Part shown: one piece after another, positions 10,363 to 20,613 of the stretch
How the letters are laid out: every line of letters begins with the position of its first letter
Numbering within the stretch: position 1 is the first letter of the stretch
Source of the DNA: an uncultured Verrucomicrobiae bacterium
GTDB lineage: Bacteria > Verrucomicrobiota > Verrucomicrobiia > Chthoniobacterales > Chthoniobacteraceae
Assembly (NCBI GenBank): GCA_963836755.1
Contig: CAWIKF010000002.1
Span: 320,001-384,000, forward strand
DNA length: 64,000 nt
Direction of reading: 5' to 3'
Position numbers and translations under genes: made by a program
Notes under the pieces: generated by a model
Seen by the model: only the letters and a program-made list of their open reading frames with translations
Told to the model about the DNA's origin: nothing
Database searches by the model: none

Positions 10363-11928
10363 TTAGCCTTTCCGATATGCTTTGACCAGCCACTCGCTCA
10401 AGAATTTGTCCGGCTCGTCAATCGCCTCCGCCGTCAGAATCAGCGTCTCGCCGCTTCCCTGCGCCAGCCTCAGGCCGAATTCGTAGTCTTTGAAAAGGCG
10501 CTCGCACAGGTCGCGCATGTGCGTCTGCTCGTGCTCCGCGCGTGCGACCAGCCGCGCTAGCGCGTCGTCGCTGAACTCGATCCGCACGTGATGCTTCTCC
10601 GTGAAACGCTGCGCGAACTCGCGCGCGATCGCCGCCAGCGCCTCCTGCTTTTCATGATGGCCGATCTCGAGCAACTTTTTCAAAACCGCCGCCGGCTCAT
10701 CGATCAACGTCGCGTCCACGCTGAAACGCTTCACGCCGGAGCCGGGCAATTCGTATTTGAACTGCCGCAGAATTTTCTCGCAGACCGTTAACAACCCGCG
10801 CGCGCCTGTTTTTTCCTCCGCCGCAAGCTGCGCGATCCGCCACAGCGCCTCGTCCTCGAAAAAAACTTCGATCCCATACGCGCGAAACGCGCGCTCGTAT
10901 TGCCGGATGATGCTCCCTTCCGAGCGTTTCATGATCTGGAATAAATCGGGCACCGTCAGCTCCTCGCACACCACGCGCACCGGAAGCCGGCCGATGAATT
11001 CCGGCTCAAAACCGTAGTCGATGAAGTCGCGCGTGGTCGCTTTCTTGAAAAGTTCGATGTCCTCGACATCGCCCGCGGGCGCTGCTGTGAAGCCGATCCG
11101 CGATTGTTTCACCCGCTGCTCGATCACTGATTTCAATTTCTCAAACGCCCCGCTGACGATGAAGAGCACGTGCCGCGTGTTGATCGTCTCGCGCTTCGGC
11201 TTGCCACCCGATTTTTGAAATTCCATCGCCGCCTGGAGCTGCCCCTGAATATCCATCGGATTGCGCAGCGGCACGTCCGTTTCCTCCATCAATTTCAGCA
11301 GCGTCGTCTGCACACCGCGGCCGCTCACGTCGCGTCCGCCCGCGTTCGACGCCGCGGCGATCTTGTCGATTTCATCGATGTAAATGATCCCGTATTGCGC
11401 GAGGCCGACGTCGCCGCCGGCCTTTTGCACGAGGTCGCGCACGAGGTCCTCGACATCGCCGCCGACGTAGCCGGTCTCGCTGAATTTTGTCGCGTCCGCC
11501 TTTACAAACGGCACGCCGATCAGCTCGGCGACGTGCTTGATCAAATAGGTTTTTCCGACGCCGGTCGGGCCGATGAGGATCACGTTCTGCTTCGCGTATT
11601 CCAGCTCGCGCGCCCTCTTTTCATCCCGCGCCTCGAGCTCGCGCACATGATTGACGTTGTTATAATGATCGCAAACAGCGATCGCGAGCACCTTTTTGGC
11701 CTCGTCCTGCTTGATCACGAACCGGTCGAGATACGCCTTGATGTCGCGCGGGAGATGATCAAAGGCGAATGCGGCCGGCTCGTCGGGCGTGCGGTCGCTC
11801 TCTGCCGCCTCATCCTGCTGCGGCGCAAGATTCGTCTGGATGGACACGTGCTCCCCGAACTGGTTCTTCATGAACTCGGACAACTTTTTTTGCAGCTCCT
11901 CCGGAGTCGGAAAATTCGGCTCACTCAT
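10363..11928 (-). CDS. ClpX-like AAA+ ATPase lacking N-terminal zinc-binding domain, with C-terminal extension
   Basis: GPTGVGKT Walker A, ADATKFSETGYVGGDVE, IDEIDKI, RDVSGRGVQ, IGF loop, PEFIGRLP, TGARGL. Confidence 0.85.
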   Translation of the reverse strand: MSEPNFPTPEELQKKLSEFMKNQFGEHVSIQTNLAPQQDEAAESDRTPDEPAAFAFDHLPRDIKAYLDRFVIKQDEAKKVLAIAVCDHYNNVNHVRELEARDEKRARELEYAKQNVILIGPTGVGKTYLIKHVAELIGVPFVKADATKFSETGYVGGDVEDLVRDLVQKAGGDVGLAQYGIIYIDEIDKIAAASNAGGRDVSGRGVQTTLLKLMEETDVPLRNPMDIQGQLQAAMEFQKSGGKPKRETINTRHVLFIVSGAFEKLKSVIEQRVKQSRIGFTAAPAGDVEDIELFKKATTRDFIDYGFEPEFIGRLPVRVVCEELTVPDLFQIMKRSEGSIIRQYERAFRAYGIEVFFEDEALWRIAQLAAEEKTGARGLLTVCEKILRQFKYELPGSGVKRFSVDATLIDEPAAVLKKLLEIGHHEKQEALAAIAREFAQRFTEKHHVRIEFSDDALARLVARAEHEQTHMRDLCERLFKDYEFGLRLAQGSGETLILTAEAIDEPDKFLSEWLVKAYRKG

Positions 11929-12087
11929 AGACGCAAACTTAGCACCGCTGACGCCGGTCGCAACGGCTTCACAAGGCTCTGCCCCGCAATGAAAATAGCT
12001 CGCCCATGGAGGAAGCTCGAATAACTCCATCCGGTGCTTCGATGAAAACGCCGCGCGGAATTTCCCAAAGCTGCTAGCGTAAAAAAA

Positions 12088-12837
12088 ATGCGCGCCTACG
12101 TCATCAATCTGGATTCGGCGCAGGATCGCTGGGCATTCATGAAACGCGCCTTTGCCGAAACGAGTTTCGAACTTTGCCGCGTTCCGGCAGTCGATGGCAT
12201 GAGCCTGAAATTTCCCGTCGAAGATTATTCCGAAAGCCTTTACCACCGATTCCACGGCCGGCCCACAAACCCGCGGATCGTCGGCTGCTACTTCAGCCAT
12301 GTGCGCGCGATGCAGGCGTTTCTCGCCACGGAAGATTCGCACGCGTTGATTTGCGAGGACGATCTGACGCTGCACGCTGGATTTGAGGCTGCGGTGGATG
12401 CCGCTCTGCTCCACGCGCGGCATTGGAATATTTTGCGACTCTCCGGCCTGAGCCGCGGCCAGCCGTATCGCGTCGCGCGGTTGACGGGCGATTACGAATT
12501 GAACGTGAATTTCGCTCGCTTGAAAGGTCTCGGCGCTTACATCGTCGACCGCGCCGCGGCCCGCGCGACGGTCACGCGGCTGCTCCCGATGTATCTGCCG
12601 ATCGATCACGCGCTGGATCGCGAGTGGTTCTACGGCCTGCGTGCTGCGTGCATCCTCCCTTTTCCCGTCTCGCAAAGTGACAGCGGATTTCGCTCGTCGA
12701 TCCAGGTCGGGAAATCGCTGAAACTTTCCCCGCTGCGGCGCTGGATGACGACCTATCCGTTCCAAGTTTTCAACGAACTCACGCGCTGGCTGTTTCGCTT
12801 TTCCTCTTTCCTCACGATGAAGCTCGCGATGGATTGA
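12088..12837 (+). CDS. Glycosyltransferase family 25 (LPS biosynthesis type)
   Basis: YVINLD..DR, AVDG, GCYFSH, ICEDD, AYIV, LPID motifs. Confidence 0.85.
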   Translation: MRAYVINLDSAQDRWAFMKRAFAETSFELCRVPAVDGMSLKFPVEDYSESLYHRFHGRPTNPRIVGCYFSHVRAMQAFLATEDSHALICEDDLTLHAGFEAAVDAALLHARHWNILRLSGLSRGQPYRVARLTGDYELNVNFARLKGLGAYIVDRAAARATVTRLLPMYLPIDHALDREWFYGLRAACILPFPVSQSDSGFRSSIQVGKSLKLSPLRRWMTTYPFQVFNELTRWLFRFSSFLTMKLAMD

Positions 12838-12901
12838 AAAAACTCGCATCCGGGCAAAAGTTGCGTGCCGGCCTCCGTTGCGGGAATTTGTGACCGTGAA
12901 A

Positions 12902-13345
12902 ATGCGAGCGCGAGATATTTCCACCAAAGTCGCGACGGCGGAAGTGCGTGCAGTTTACGCGGAGCTCGCGCGGCGCCCGATCGAGCGCGCGTGCGTGCGG
13001 CGCACCGGCTGCTGCCATTTCAAGCTCACCGGCCGCACCCCGTTTTTGACGCGCGGCGAAGCGGTCGTCGCTGCGAATGCGCTGCGGGCGAGTGGTCGGA
13101 AAAAGTTGCCGCAGCGCGCGGATGGAGCCTGCCCGTTGCTCGGCGAGCAAGGCCAGTGCTTGATCTACGACGGCCGGCCGTTTGGCTGCCGCACGCATTT
13201 TTGCGCAGCGGCCGGCGGTGATTATGAACGGCGTGCAGTGCTCGATTTGATCCGCCGCCTCGAAAACGTTGACGCGCAACTCGGCGGCGATGGCGCTCGT
13301 GCGTTGCCGGCCGCGGTTGCCGACGCGCTCGAAACGTTGCGTTGA
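12902..13345 (+). CDS. YkgJ-family cysteine-cluster (CxxCxxCC-like) protein
   Basis: CVRRTGCC, ACPLL, CLIYDGRPFGCRTHFC. Confidence 0.8.
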   Translation: MRARDISTKVATAEVRAVYAELARRPIERACVRRTGCCHFKLTGRTPFLTRGEAVVAANALRASGRKKLPQRADGACPLLGEQGQCLIYDGRPFGCRTHFCAAAGGDYERRAVLDLIRRLENVDAQLGGDGARALPAAVADALETLR

Positions 13346-13349
13346 ACGC

Positions 13350-14432
13350 ATGTTGACGAACCGCAAAATCATCCATCTCGACATGGACTGCTTTTACGCG
13401 GCGATCGAGGTGCGCGATCACCCGGAATTGCGCGGCAAACCGATCGGCGTCGGCGGCGCGCGCGACCGGCGCGGCGTGCTCACAACCGCGTCGTATGAAG
13501 CGCGCGAATTCGGAGTCCGCTCGGCGATGCCGACTTTCATCGCGTTGCAAAAATGTCCGCAGCTCATCGTCGTGCCGACGCGATTTGACATTTATCGCCA
13601 GGACTCGCAGCGCATCCGCGAAATCTTTCGCACCTTCACAGAAATCATCGAGCCGCTCTCGCTCGACGAGGCATTTCTCGACGTCTCGCATCTGCCTTAC
13701 GAGCCGGCGGCGGTGGCCTCAGAAATTCGCGCGCGCATCTTTGACGAGACAAAATTAACCGCATCCGCCGGCATCGCGCCAAACAAAATGCTGGCAAAAA
13801 TCGCCAGCGATTTAAACAAGCCGAATGGACAGTTTGAGATCGAGCCGCACGCGGTCGCGGCATTCATGCGCGAACTTTCCGTCCGCAAAATCTGGGGCAT
13901 TGGCGCGGTCTCCGCAGAAAAACTCGAACGGCGCGGAATCAAGACCTGTGGCCACTTGCAGCGGTTTTCGCGGATCGAGCTGCACGGGATGTTCGGCAAA
14001 TTTGGGCTCGAACTTTTTGAACTTTGCCGTGGCATTGACGACCGGGAAGTCGAGCCGCATCGCGAGCGTAAATCGCTGAGCACGGAACGAACTTTTTCCC
14101 AAAATCTCGCGACGCTGGCGGAGTGCGAGGAGCGGCTCGCGGAGCTGCATGAGGAATTGCTGGCCGATCTCGCACGCGCTCGCGAGCCGCGCGCGGTGCA
14201 CAAACTTTTTGTGAAGTTAAAGTTCGCCGATTTTTCACGCACGACTGCGGAATGCGTCGGCGACGAGCCGGCGCTGGAGCGCTTTCAAAATCTGCTCGCG
14301 GAAGCATTTCATCGCAGCCGGCAGACGATTCGGCTGATGGGCCTCGGTGTTCGCTTTGCGCCGATGTCGCGTGCGGAGGCGCAGCTCGAGCTCAGGCTGG
14401 CCGCGCCCGCGGAAGATGGCATGCTCGCGTGA
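13350..14432 (+). CDS. dinB: DNA polymerase IV
   Basis: IIHLDMDCFYAAIE, SYEAREFGVRSAM, SLDEAFLD, KIASDLNKPNG. Confidence 0.97.
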   Translation: MLTNRKIIHLDMDCFYAAIEVRDHPELRGKPIGVGGARDRRGVLTTASYEAREFGVRSAMPTFIALQKCPQLIVVPTRFDIYRQDSQRIREIFRTFTEIIEPLSLDEAFLDVSHLPYEPAAVASEIRARIFDETKLTASAGIAPNKMLAKIASDLNKPNGQFEIEPHAVAAFMRELSVRKIWGIGAVSAEKLERRGIKTCGHLQRFSRIELHGMFGKFGLELFELCRGIDDREVEPHRERKSLSTERTFSQNLATLAECEERLAELHEELLADLARAREPRAVHKLFVKLKFADFSRTTAECVGDEPALERFQNLLAEAFHRSRQTIRLMGLGVRFAPMSRAEAQLELRLAAPAEDGMLA

Positions 14433-14992
14433 TGAAAATTGTCCTGGCCGCGACCGGCGCAAGCGGCGCGATTTATTTGCAGCGGCTGCTCGATGCGGTC
14501 GATCCGAGCGCGCACGAAATCCATCTCGTGCTCAGCGGCCACGCGCGGCAGGTGATCGCGGAGGAGATCGATGAATTGCGCGTGCCGGCCGGTGTGATCG
14601 AGCATTCCGATGGCGCGGGAATGCACGTGCCGTTTGTGAGCGGCTCGGCAAAGTTTGACGCCATGGTGATCGTGCCGTGCTCGATGGGAACGCTCGGCCG
14701 CATCGCCGCGGGCACCAGCGAGACGACGGTTTTGCGCGCGGCGGATGTGTTTTTGAAAGAGCGGCGGAAATTGATCCTCGTGCCGCGCGAGACGCCCTGG
14801 AGCTTGATTCACGCGCGAAATGTGGTGGCAGTGACCGAGGCCGGCGCGGTGGTTTTGCCGGCGTCGCCATCGTTTTACAGTAGACCAAAAACCGCTAACG
14901 ATGTGGCGGATACGGTCGTGTCGCGCATCCTCGATCAACTCGGATTGGAAAATCCGCGGGCGTTCCGTTGGCTGCAGCAGTCGAGCGAGTAG
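14432..14992 (+). CDS. ubiX: Flavin prenyltransferase UbiX
   Basis: [44 protein letters not shown] overlaps dinB TGA. Confidence 0.93.
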   Translation: MKIVLAATGASGAIYLQRLLDAVDPSAHEIHLVLSGHARQVIAEEIDELRVPAGVIEHSDGAGMHVPFVSGSAKFDAMVIVPCSMGTLGRIAAGTSETTVLRAADVFLKERRKLILVPRETPWSLIHARNVVAVTEAGAVVLPASPSFYSRPKTANDVADTVVSRILDQLGLENPRAFRWLQQSSE

Positions 14993-15030
14993 TTGGCAAG
15001 CCGCGAGCCAGCGCGCATATTTTTCCGCGA

Positions 15031-16233
15031 ATGAAAAATGCGTTCGACAGCATCGAAGATGTAATCGCCGATATTCGCGCCGGGCGGATGGTCATCGTCG
15101 TCGACGATGAGGATCGCGAGAACGAAGGCGACCTCGTGATGGCCGCGGAAAAAGCGACGCCGGAAGCTGTGAATTTCATGGCGAAACATGGGCGCGGCTT
15201 GATCTGCGTGCCGCTGGTCGAGGAGCGCGCGGCGGCGCTCGGGCTTCAGCGGATGGTGCTGGATAATCGCGAAAGCCAGCGCACGGATTTCACCGTGTCG
15301 GTCGATGCGGCGCAGGATGTGACCACGGGAATCAGCGCCGCGGATCGCGCGCGGACGATCCAGATTTTGGCCGATCCGAAATCGGTTTCGCGCGATCTAG
15401 TGCAACCGGGTCACGTGTTTCCGTTGCGCGCGAAACCCGGCGGCGTCTTGCGCCGCGCGGGACACACGGAAGCGGCGATGGATTTGCCGCGGCTGGCCGG
15501 ACTGCAACCGGCGGGCGTGCTTTGCGAGATTTTGCACGAGGATGGGTCGATGGCGCGGTTGCCGGAATTGCTTCGCTACAAAAAAAAGCACGGGCTAAAA
15601 ATTTGCACGATCCAGCATTTGATCGCGCACCGGCGGCTGCGCGAGAAGCTGGTGGCGAGCGAACAGGTGATCAAGATGCCGACGGAATTCGGAGACTTCG
15701 ATTTGCACATGTATCGCAGTTTGCTCGACGACACGCATCACCTCGCGCTAGTCAAAGGCTCGATCGCAAAGGCGAAGCCGACGCTGGTGCGCGTGCACAG
15801 CGAATGTTTAACAGGCGATGTCTTCGGCTCGCTGCGCTGCGATTGCGGCAATCAACTCCACGCGGCGCTCGAGCAAATCAACGCAGCGGGGAGCGGCGTG
15901 CTCGTTTACATGCGCCGGCACGAAGGGCGCGGGATCGGACTGCCGGCAAAAATTCACGCGTATAAATTGCAGGAGCAGGGGCTCGATACCGTGGAGGCGA
16001 ACGAGCGGCTCGGATTTCCCGGCGAGTTGCGCGATTACGGCATCGGCGCGCAAATTCTCGTCGATCTCGGCGTGCGGAAAATGCGTTTTTTGACGAACAA
16101 TCCGAAAAAAGTAGTTGGGCTCGAAGGTTACGGCCTCGAGATCGTGGAGCTGGTGCCGATCAAGTCGAAATCGAATCCGCACAACGAAAAATATCTCGAG
16201 ACGAAGCGCGTAAAAATGGGGCATCTGCTTTGA
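15031..16233 (+). CDS. ribBA: Bifunctional DHBP synthase / GTP cyclohydrolase II
   Basis: [50 protein letters not shown]. Confidence 0.97.
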   Translation: MKNAFDSIEDVIADIRAGRMVIVVDDEDRENEGDLVMAAEKATPEAVNFMAKHGRGLICVPLVEERAAALGLQRMVLDNRESQRTDFTVSVDAAQDVTTGISAADRARTIQILADPKSVSRDLVQPGHVFPLRAKPGGVLRRAGHTEAAMDLPRLAGLQPAGVLCEILHEDGSMARLPELLRYKKKHGLKICTIQHLIAHRRLREKLVASEQVIKMPTEFGDFDLHMYRSLLDDTHHLALVKGSIAKAKPTLVRVHSECLTGDVFGSLRCDCGNQLHAALEQINAAGSGVLVYMRRHEGRGIGLPAKIHAYKLQEQGLDTVEANERLGFPGELRDYGIGAQILVDLGVRKMRFLTNNPKKVVGLEGYGLEIVELVPIKSKSNPHNEKYLETKRVKMGHLL

Positions 16234-16319
16234 TTGCGAGTTGCGGAGTTTGCGGAGCGGACTAGCTTGCGCGCTTGCGCCGGCGGATGCGCGGCGTCAA
16301 TCTCGGAGCGAATTTTTTC

Positions 16320-16796
16320 ATGGCAAATTACATTCAAAATCGTCCGCGCCAGATCGTGCAGCGGCACTCGTTTGCGATCGTGGCCAGCGAATACAATGAC
16401 GGTTATGTGCAGGGATTGATCGACCACGCGCTCGCCGAGCTACAGGCGCTGGTGCCGAATCCGATCGTCGCGATTCACCGCGTCCCGGGCGCGTTTGAGA
16501 TCCCACTTTTCGTGCAAGAAATTGCGGAGCAAAAAGAGGCGGACGCGATCCTGGCGCTCGGTGTGATCATTCAAGGCCAGACGATGCACGCCGATCTGAT
16601 CGGGACGGCGATCACGACTGCGCTGCTGCAGTTTAACCTGCATTATCGGATCCCGATCATCCACGAAGTTTTGCTCGTGGAGGATGAGGCGCAGGCGCAG
16701 GTGCGCTGCCTCGAGCCGGACTTTAATCGCGGCACGGAAGCGGCGCGCGCAGCGGTGCGGATGCTGCAGGTGTTAAAACAGCTGAAGGGACGTTGA
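16320..16796 (+). CDS. ribH: 6,7-dimethyl-8-ribityllumazine synthase
   Basis: VPGAFEIP, LGVIIQGQT.H; position between ribBA and nusB. Confidence 0.92.
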   Translation: MANYIQNRPRQIVQRHSFAIVASEYNDGYVQGLIDHALAELQALVPNPIVAIHRVPGAFEIPLFVQEIAEQKEADAILALGVIIQGQTMHADLIGTAITTALLQFNLHYRIPIIHEVLLVEDEAQAQVRCLEPDFNRGTEAARAAVRMLQVLKQLKGR

Positions 16797-16803
16797 CGCT
16801 CGG

Positions 16804-17220
16804 ATGGGCAAACGTCGCGAAGGCCGTGAGGCCGCCATTCAATTTTTGTTTCAGCGCGATTTGAACTCCAGCGACGAGCGCGAATCGCTCGAGCATTTTT
16901 GGGCTTTGCGTCCGGCGACCAATGCGACGCGCGAGTTTGCGAATGCGTTGATTCATGGCGTGATCGCGCAGCAGCCGGCGATCGACGAGCGCATCCAAAA
17001 CTTTTCGGCGAATTACGAGCTGCATCGGCTCGCGGCGGTGGATCGCAACATTTTGCGCGTCGCGATTTACGAGATGATTTTCACCGAGGGCGTGCCGCCG
17101 GTGGTTTCGATCAATGAAGCGATCGAAATCGCCAAACGCTTTGGCAGCGAGGAATCGAGCCGCTTCGTCAATGGAATCCTCGATCGCGTAAAAAGTGAGC
17201 TGAGCCGGCCGCTGCGTTAG
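16804..17220 (+). CDS. nusB: Transcription antitermination factor NusB
   Basis: RREGREAAIQFLF, DRNILR, INEAIEIAKRFG, FVNGILD. Confidence 0.96.
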   Translation: MGKRREGREAAIQFLFQRDLNSSDERESLEHFWALRPATNATREFANALIHGVIAQQPAIDERIQNFSANYELHRLAAVDRNILRVAIYEMIFTEGVPPVVSINEAIEIAKRFGSEESSRFVNGILDRVKSELSRPLR

Positions 17221-17232
17221 AAATTTTTGGTC

Positions 17233-18081
17233 ATGCCGCTCGGTTTTTTCAAATCGATCATCCAAAAGTTTTCGGCGAAGCCCGTCGATTGGGACGAGCT
17301 GGAGGAAACTTTGATCCGCGCGGATCTCGGCGTTTCGATGTCCATGAAAATTTTGAATTCGCTGCGCGCGCGCGCGGAGCAAATCACAACGCGCGACATC
17401 ATCGAGGCGACGCGCGAGGAGGTCGCGCGCGTGCTGCCGCTCGATCATCTCGAGCTGCGGCCGCTGGCGGCGAAGCCGAAAGTTGTGATGGTCGTCGGCG
17501 TCAACGGCACCGGCAAGACGACGTCGATCGCGAAGCTCGCGCATTTTTTAAAAACGAACCGGCACAGTGTGATGCTTTGCGCGGCGGATACTTTTCGCGC
17601 GGCGGCGATCGAGCAGCTCGGCGTGTGGGCCGGCCGCATCGGCGTGGAGATGATCAAGGGCCAATACAACGCCGATCCCGCCGCGCTTTGCTACGATGCG
17701 TATGTCGCGGCGGACAAAAAAGACGTGGAGTTTTTGCTCTGCGACACGGCGGGTCGGCTGCACACGAAAATCAATTTGATGGCCGAGCTGGAAAAAGTGA
17801 AACGGACACTCGCGAAGCACGACAGCGCCGCGCCGCACGAGACGTTGCTCGTCGTCGATGCGACCACGGGCAGCAATGCATTGTCGCAGGCGCGCGAGTT
17901 TCAGCAGGCCGTCGGCCTGACCGGCGTGGTCGTCACGAAGCTCGATGGCAGCGGCAAAGGCGGGGTCGTGATCGCGATTCAAAACGAGCTCAATATTCCG
18001 ACGCGCTACATTGGCACCGGCGAAAAACTCGAGGATTTTGCGCCATTCGACGGCCGCAGTTTCATCGAGAAAATGATGTAG
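17233..18081 (+). CDS. ftsY: Signal recognition particle receptor FtsY (short form, NG domain only)
   Basis: GVNGTGKTT, DTFRAAA, DTAGR, TKLDGSGKGG. Confidence 0.96.
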   Translation: MPLGFFKSIIQKFSAKPVDWDELEETLIRADLGVSMSMKILNSLRARAEQITTRDIIEATREEVARVLPLDHLELRPLAAKPKVVMVVGVNGTGKTTSIAKLAHFLKTNRHSVMLCAADTFRAAAIEQLGVWAGRIGVEMIKGQYNADPAALCYDAYVAADKKDVEFLLCDTAGRLHTKINLMAELEKVKRTLAKHDSAAPHETLLVVDATTGSNALSQAREFQQAVGLTGVVVTKLDGSGKGGVVIAIQNELNIPTRYIGTGEKLEDFAPFDGRSFIEKMM

Positions 18082-18154
<73 letters not shown>

Positions 18155-18251
18155 GCGCACATTTTAAACGCGCGACGTGAAATTGCGAACAAATCGAAAG
18201 CGCGCGAGGCAAGGCTTGCCAAGGCGAAACGGAAGTGACATTTCTTTTGCG

Positions 18252-18740
18252 ATGACTCGCTTTCTCCCAGCTGTCTGCGCGTTGTTTTTGGCGACGGCAG
18301 CGTTCGCGCAGGATGCGGCTTCGTCGCCGGCGAGTGATGACTTGCACACGCTTCGGCAGTTGATCGAGCAGCAGTCGAAACAGATCGAAACGCTCACCCA
18401 GCAAGTGGCGAAGTTGACGCAACTTTTGGACAATCATCCGTCGGTGGCAGCGGCTGCGACGCCGGCGGTGCAAAACATGCCGCCCGCGCAGGAAGGTGCC
18501 GCGACGGCGCCGACGGAGAGTTTGCCCAAGCCCGAAACGGTGGTGGCTCCCGACGGAAGCGCGCAGCATGTGGTTTCCAAAGGTGAGACTTTGATTTCAA
18601 TCGCGAGGCATTATAAAGTGAGCGTCGGCGAACTTTTGAAGGTGAACAAAATCGAGGACGCCCGAAAATTACAGATCGGGCAAACTCTGATCGTGCCCGC
18701 CTCGAAGCCGGCCGAATCCCCAAACGAAAACAAATTATAA
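18252..18740 (+). CDS. Secreted LysM peptidoglycan-binding protein with coiled coil
   Basis: Signal peptide, coiled coil, Pro/Ala linker, HVVSKGETLISIARHY...LQIGQTLIVP LysM. Confidence 0.85.
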   Translation: MTRFLPAVCALFLATAAFAQDAASSPASDDLHTLRQLIEQQSKQIETLTQQVAKLTQLLDNHPSVAAAATPAVQNMPPAQEGAATAPTESLPKPETVVAPDGSAQHVVSKGETLISIARHYKVSVGELLKVNKIEDARKLQIGQTLIVPASKPAESPNENKL

Positions 18741-18743
18741 ACA

Positions 18744-19259
18744 ATGGACGACGCACAAAAATGGTTCTTGATGAAACACGACGACGGTGCCGTTTTCGGC
18801 CCGATCGCCTTTGATGTGCTGCGGCAGTGGGCGCAGGAGGCGCAGATTTCCCCGCTCGACAAAATCTCTCCGGACGAAAAATCGTGGACGAAAGCGCCGA
18901 TGCTGCCCGAGCTGGAGATGGATTACATCGTGGAAGTGAGCCCGGACCAATTTTACGGGCCTACGACGATCGGAGCGGTGCTCGAGTTTTGGAAAGCGGG
19001 CGAAATCCGCGAAGAGACGGTGGTGACGAATTGCAAGGATGGCTCGGAGCTGCCGTTGCGCGAGGTGACGGAACTGCGGAAGCCGGCGCAGGAAGATGCC
19101 GTTCCGCCGGTGCGCACGAGCATTCGCGTGAGCTTGCAGGAACGGATTCGCGAGCTCGAAAAACATTTGCTCGATGAACGCCGCGCGCGCGACGCCGCGG
19201 AGCTGCGCTGCGAAAAACTGGAAGCAAAGTTGGCGGAGCTTTCCGCCAAGACTTACTAG
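18744..19259 (+). CDS. Hypothetical protein with two GYF_2/DUF4339-like modules and C-terminal coiled coil
   Basis: WFL...FGP...LRQW...I...W and YIV...YGP...EFW...I repeats. Confidence 0.6.
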   Translation: MDDAQKWFLMKHDDGAVFGPIAFDVLRQWAQEAQISPLDKISPDEKSWTKAPMLPELEMDYIVEVSPDQFYGPTTIGAVLEFWKAGEIREETVVTNCKDGSELPLREVTELRKPAQEDAVPPVRTSIRVSLQERIRELEKHLLDERRARDAAELRCEKLEAKLAELSAKTY

Positions 19260-19591
19260 TAGCGCGGGACGGCAGGATCAATCTGCTCGGACCAGCCGTC
19301 GATGCCGCCGCGAAGGCTGCGGACGTTGCTGTAGCCGGAACTTGCGAGAAATTCTGCGGCGCGCAATGAGCGCATTCCGTGGTGGCAGTAGATCACGATC
19401 GGCTGCGCGAGATCGGAAAGTTTTTCGCGAAAAGTTTCCGCAAAAGTCGAGAGCGGGATGAGCTCGGCGCCGTCAATTTTGCAGATCGCAAATTCATCGG
19501 GCTCGCGGCAATCGATCAAGCGCGGCGGCGCGTCGGCACCGAGCAGAGTCTGCGCGGCGTGCGCATCAATTTCCAAGGACTGCACGATCAA
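19256..19591 (-). CDS. Rhodanese-like domain protein
   Basis: LIDCREPDE, YCHHGMRS, LRGGIDGWSEQIDPAVPRY. Confidence 0.9.
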   Translation of the reverse strand: MIVQSLEIDAHAAQTLLGADAPPRLIDCREPDEFAICKIDGAELIPLSTFAETFREKLSDLAQPIVIYCHHGMRSLRAAEFLASSGYSNVRSLRGGIDGWSEQIDPAVPRY

Positions 19592-20175
19592 GGTTTGATG
19601 GTGACCGGCGTGCCGATGGAGACATTCCGGAAAAACGCCTGCGCCATGAAGCCGGGCATGCGGATGCAGCCGTGCGATGCGGGATAGCCGGGCAAAAATC
19701 CTTCATGCATGCCGGTGCCGCCGACGATGCGCATGAAATACGGCATCTTCGCGCCATCGTAGCGCGCGCCCGGCGGCTTCGGATCTTTCTCGGTGTCGAT
19801 TTCTTTTTGGATGATGTTGCCGTTCGCGTCGATGTAATCGCCGAAGCGTGAGGAGACGTGGTCTTTGTCTTTTTGGATGATATGAAAATTCCCCGTGGTC
19901 GTGTTCAAACCTTCGCGGCCGCTCGAGATGGTCGAGACGCCGACGAGCGTGCCGCCTTTGTAAAAATAGGCGCGTTGCTCGTTGAGGCTGATGATGATTC
20001 TCGGTTTACCGGGCACGCCGTCGCCGTCCCAGTAGGAGACGTCGTCGTAGGTCGTGGGCTGCTGCGAGAAAGCGCCGCCGAGGTATTGCGTCATGCGATC
20101 AAAACGCGGGTCGGAGGCGCAGCCGGCGAGCATGGCGGCGATGAAGAGGATTCCGAGCAGCGGGGCGTGTCGCAT
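19588..20175 (-). CDS. L,D-transpeptidase (YkuD) family lipoprotein
   Basis: LAGC lipobox; ISSG, MPYFMR, GMHEG, SHGCIRM catalytic motif. Confidence 0.9.
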   Translation of the reverse strand: MRHAPLLGILFIAAMLAGCASDPRFDRMTQYLGGAFSQQPTTYDDVSYWDGDGVPGKPRIIISLNEQRAYFYKGGTLVGVSTISSGREGLNTTTGNFHIIQKDKDHVSSRFGDYIDANGNIIQKEIDTEKDPKPPGARYDGAKMPYFMRIVGGTGMHEGFLPGYPASHGCIRMPGFMAQAFFRNVSIGTPVTIKP

Positions 20176-20283
20176 AAAAAGTTGCGCAATTAAGCTGCTG
20201 AGCCCGTTGGCGTCAAGGCGCTGGTCAAACAAGCCGTTGCGGTCGCCGGATGCCTCTGCTATAGAAGCGACCTCTTTTTCCCG

Positions 20284-20613
20284 ATGCCGACCTACGAATA
20301 CCATTGCGAGAAATGCAAAAAGAACTTCGAGCTTTTCCAGTCAATGAAAGACGAGGCGCTGAAAACCTGCCCGAAGGAGCGTTGCCGCCAAAAGAGCTGG
20401 GGCAAAGGCGCGGTCAAGCGATTGCTCGGAACCGGCGCGGGCCTTATTTTTAAAGGCTCCGGCTTTTACATTACCGATTACCGGAGCGAAGGCTACAAAC
20501 AGGCCGCGAAAAACGAGAGCCCCACCGCGAGCGAAAGCAAACCGGAGGCGAAGCCCGCGGCCGCGCCGGAAAAAACCAAGCCTGCTCCGCCCGCAAAGAA
20601 AACGAAGGAATGA
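20284..20613 (+). CDS. FmdB-family zinc-ribbon protein
   Basis: MPTYEYHCEKC...CP...FKGSGFYITDYR, low-complexity tail. Confidence 0.9.
   Translation: MPTYEYHCEKCKKNFELFQSMKDEALKTCPKERCRQKSWGKGAVKRLLGTGAGLIFKGSGFYITDYRSEGYKQAAKNESPTASESKPEAKPAAAPEKTKPAPPAKKTKE

Noticed and set aside
11929..12927. N-terminal ~330 aa of the 854-aa minus-strand ORF
   Set aside because: Antisense shadow of the GT25 gene; the ClpX-like protein plausibly starts at 11928
13335..13349. LexA-box-like GTT-N6-AAC palindrome before dinB
   Set aside because: Several mismatches to the TGTTC-N4-GAACA motif I recall for Verrucomicrobia, and it overlaps the upstream stop codon
14993..15030. FMN riboswitch ahead of riboflavin genes
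   Set aside because: Intergenic gaps before ribBA and ribD are too short and lack the RFN consensus
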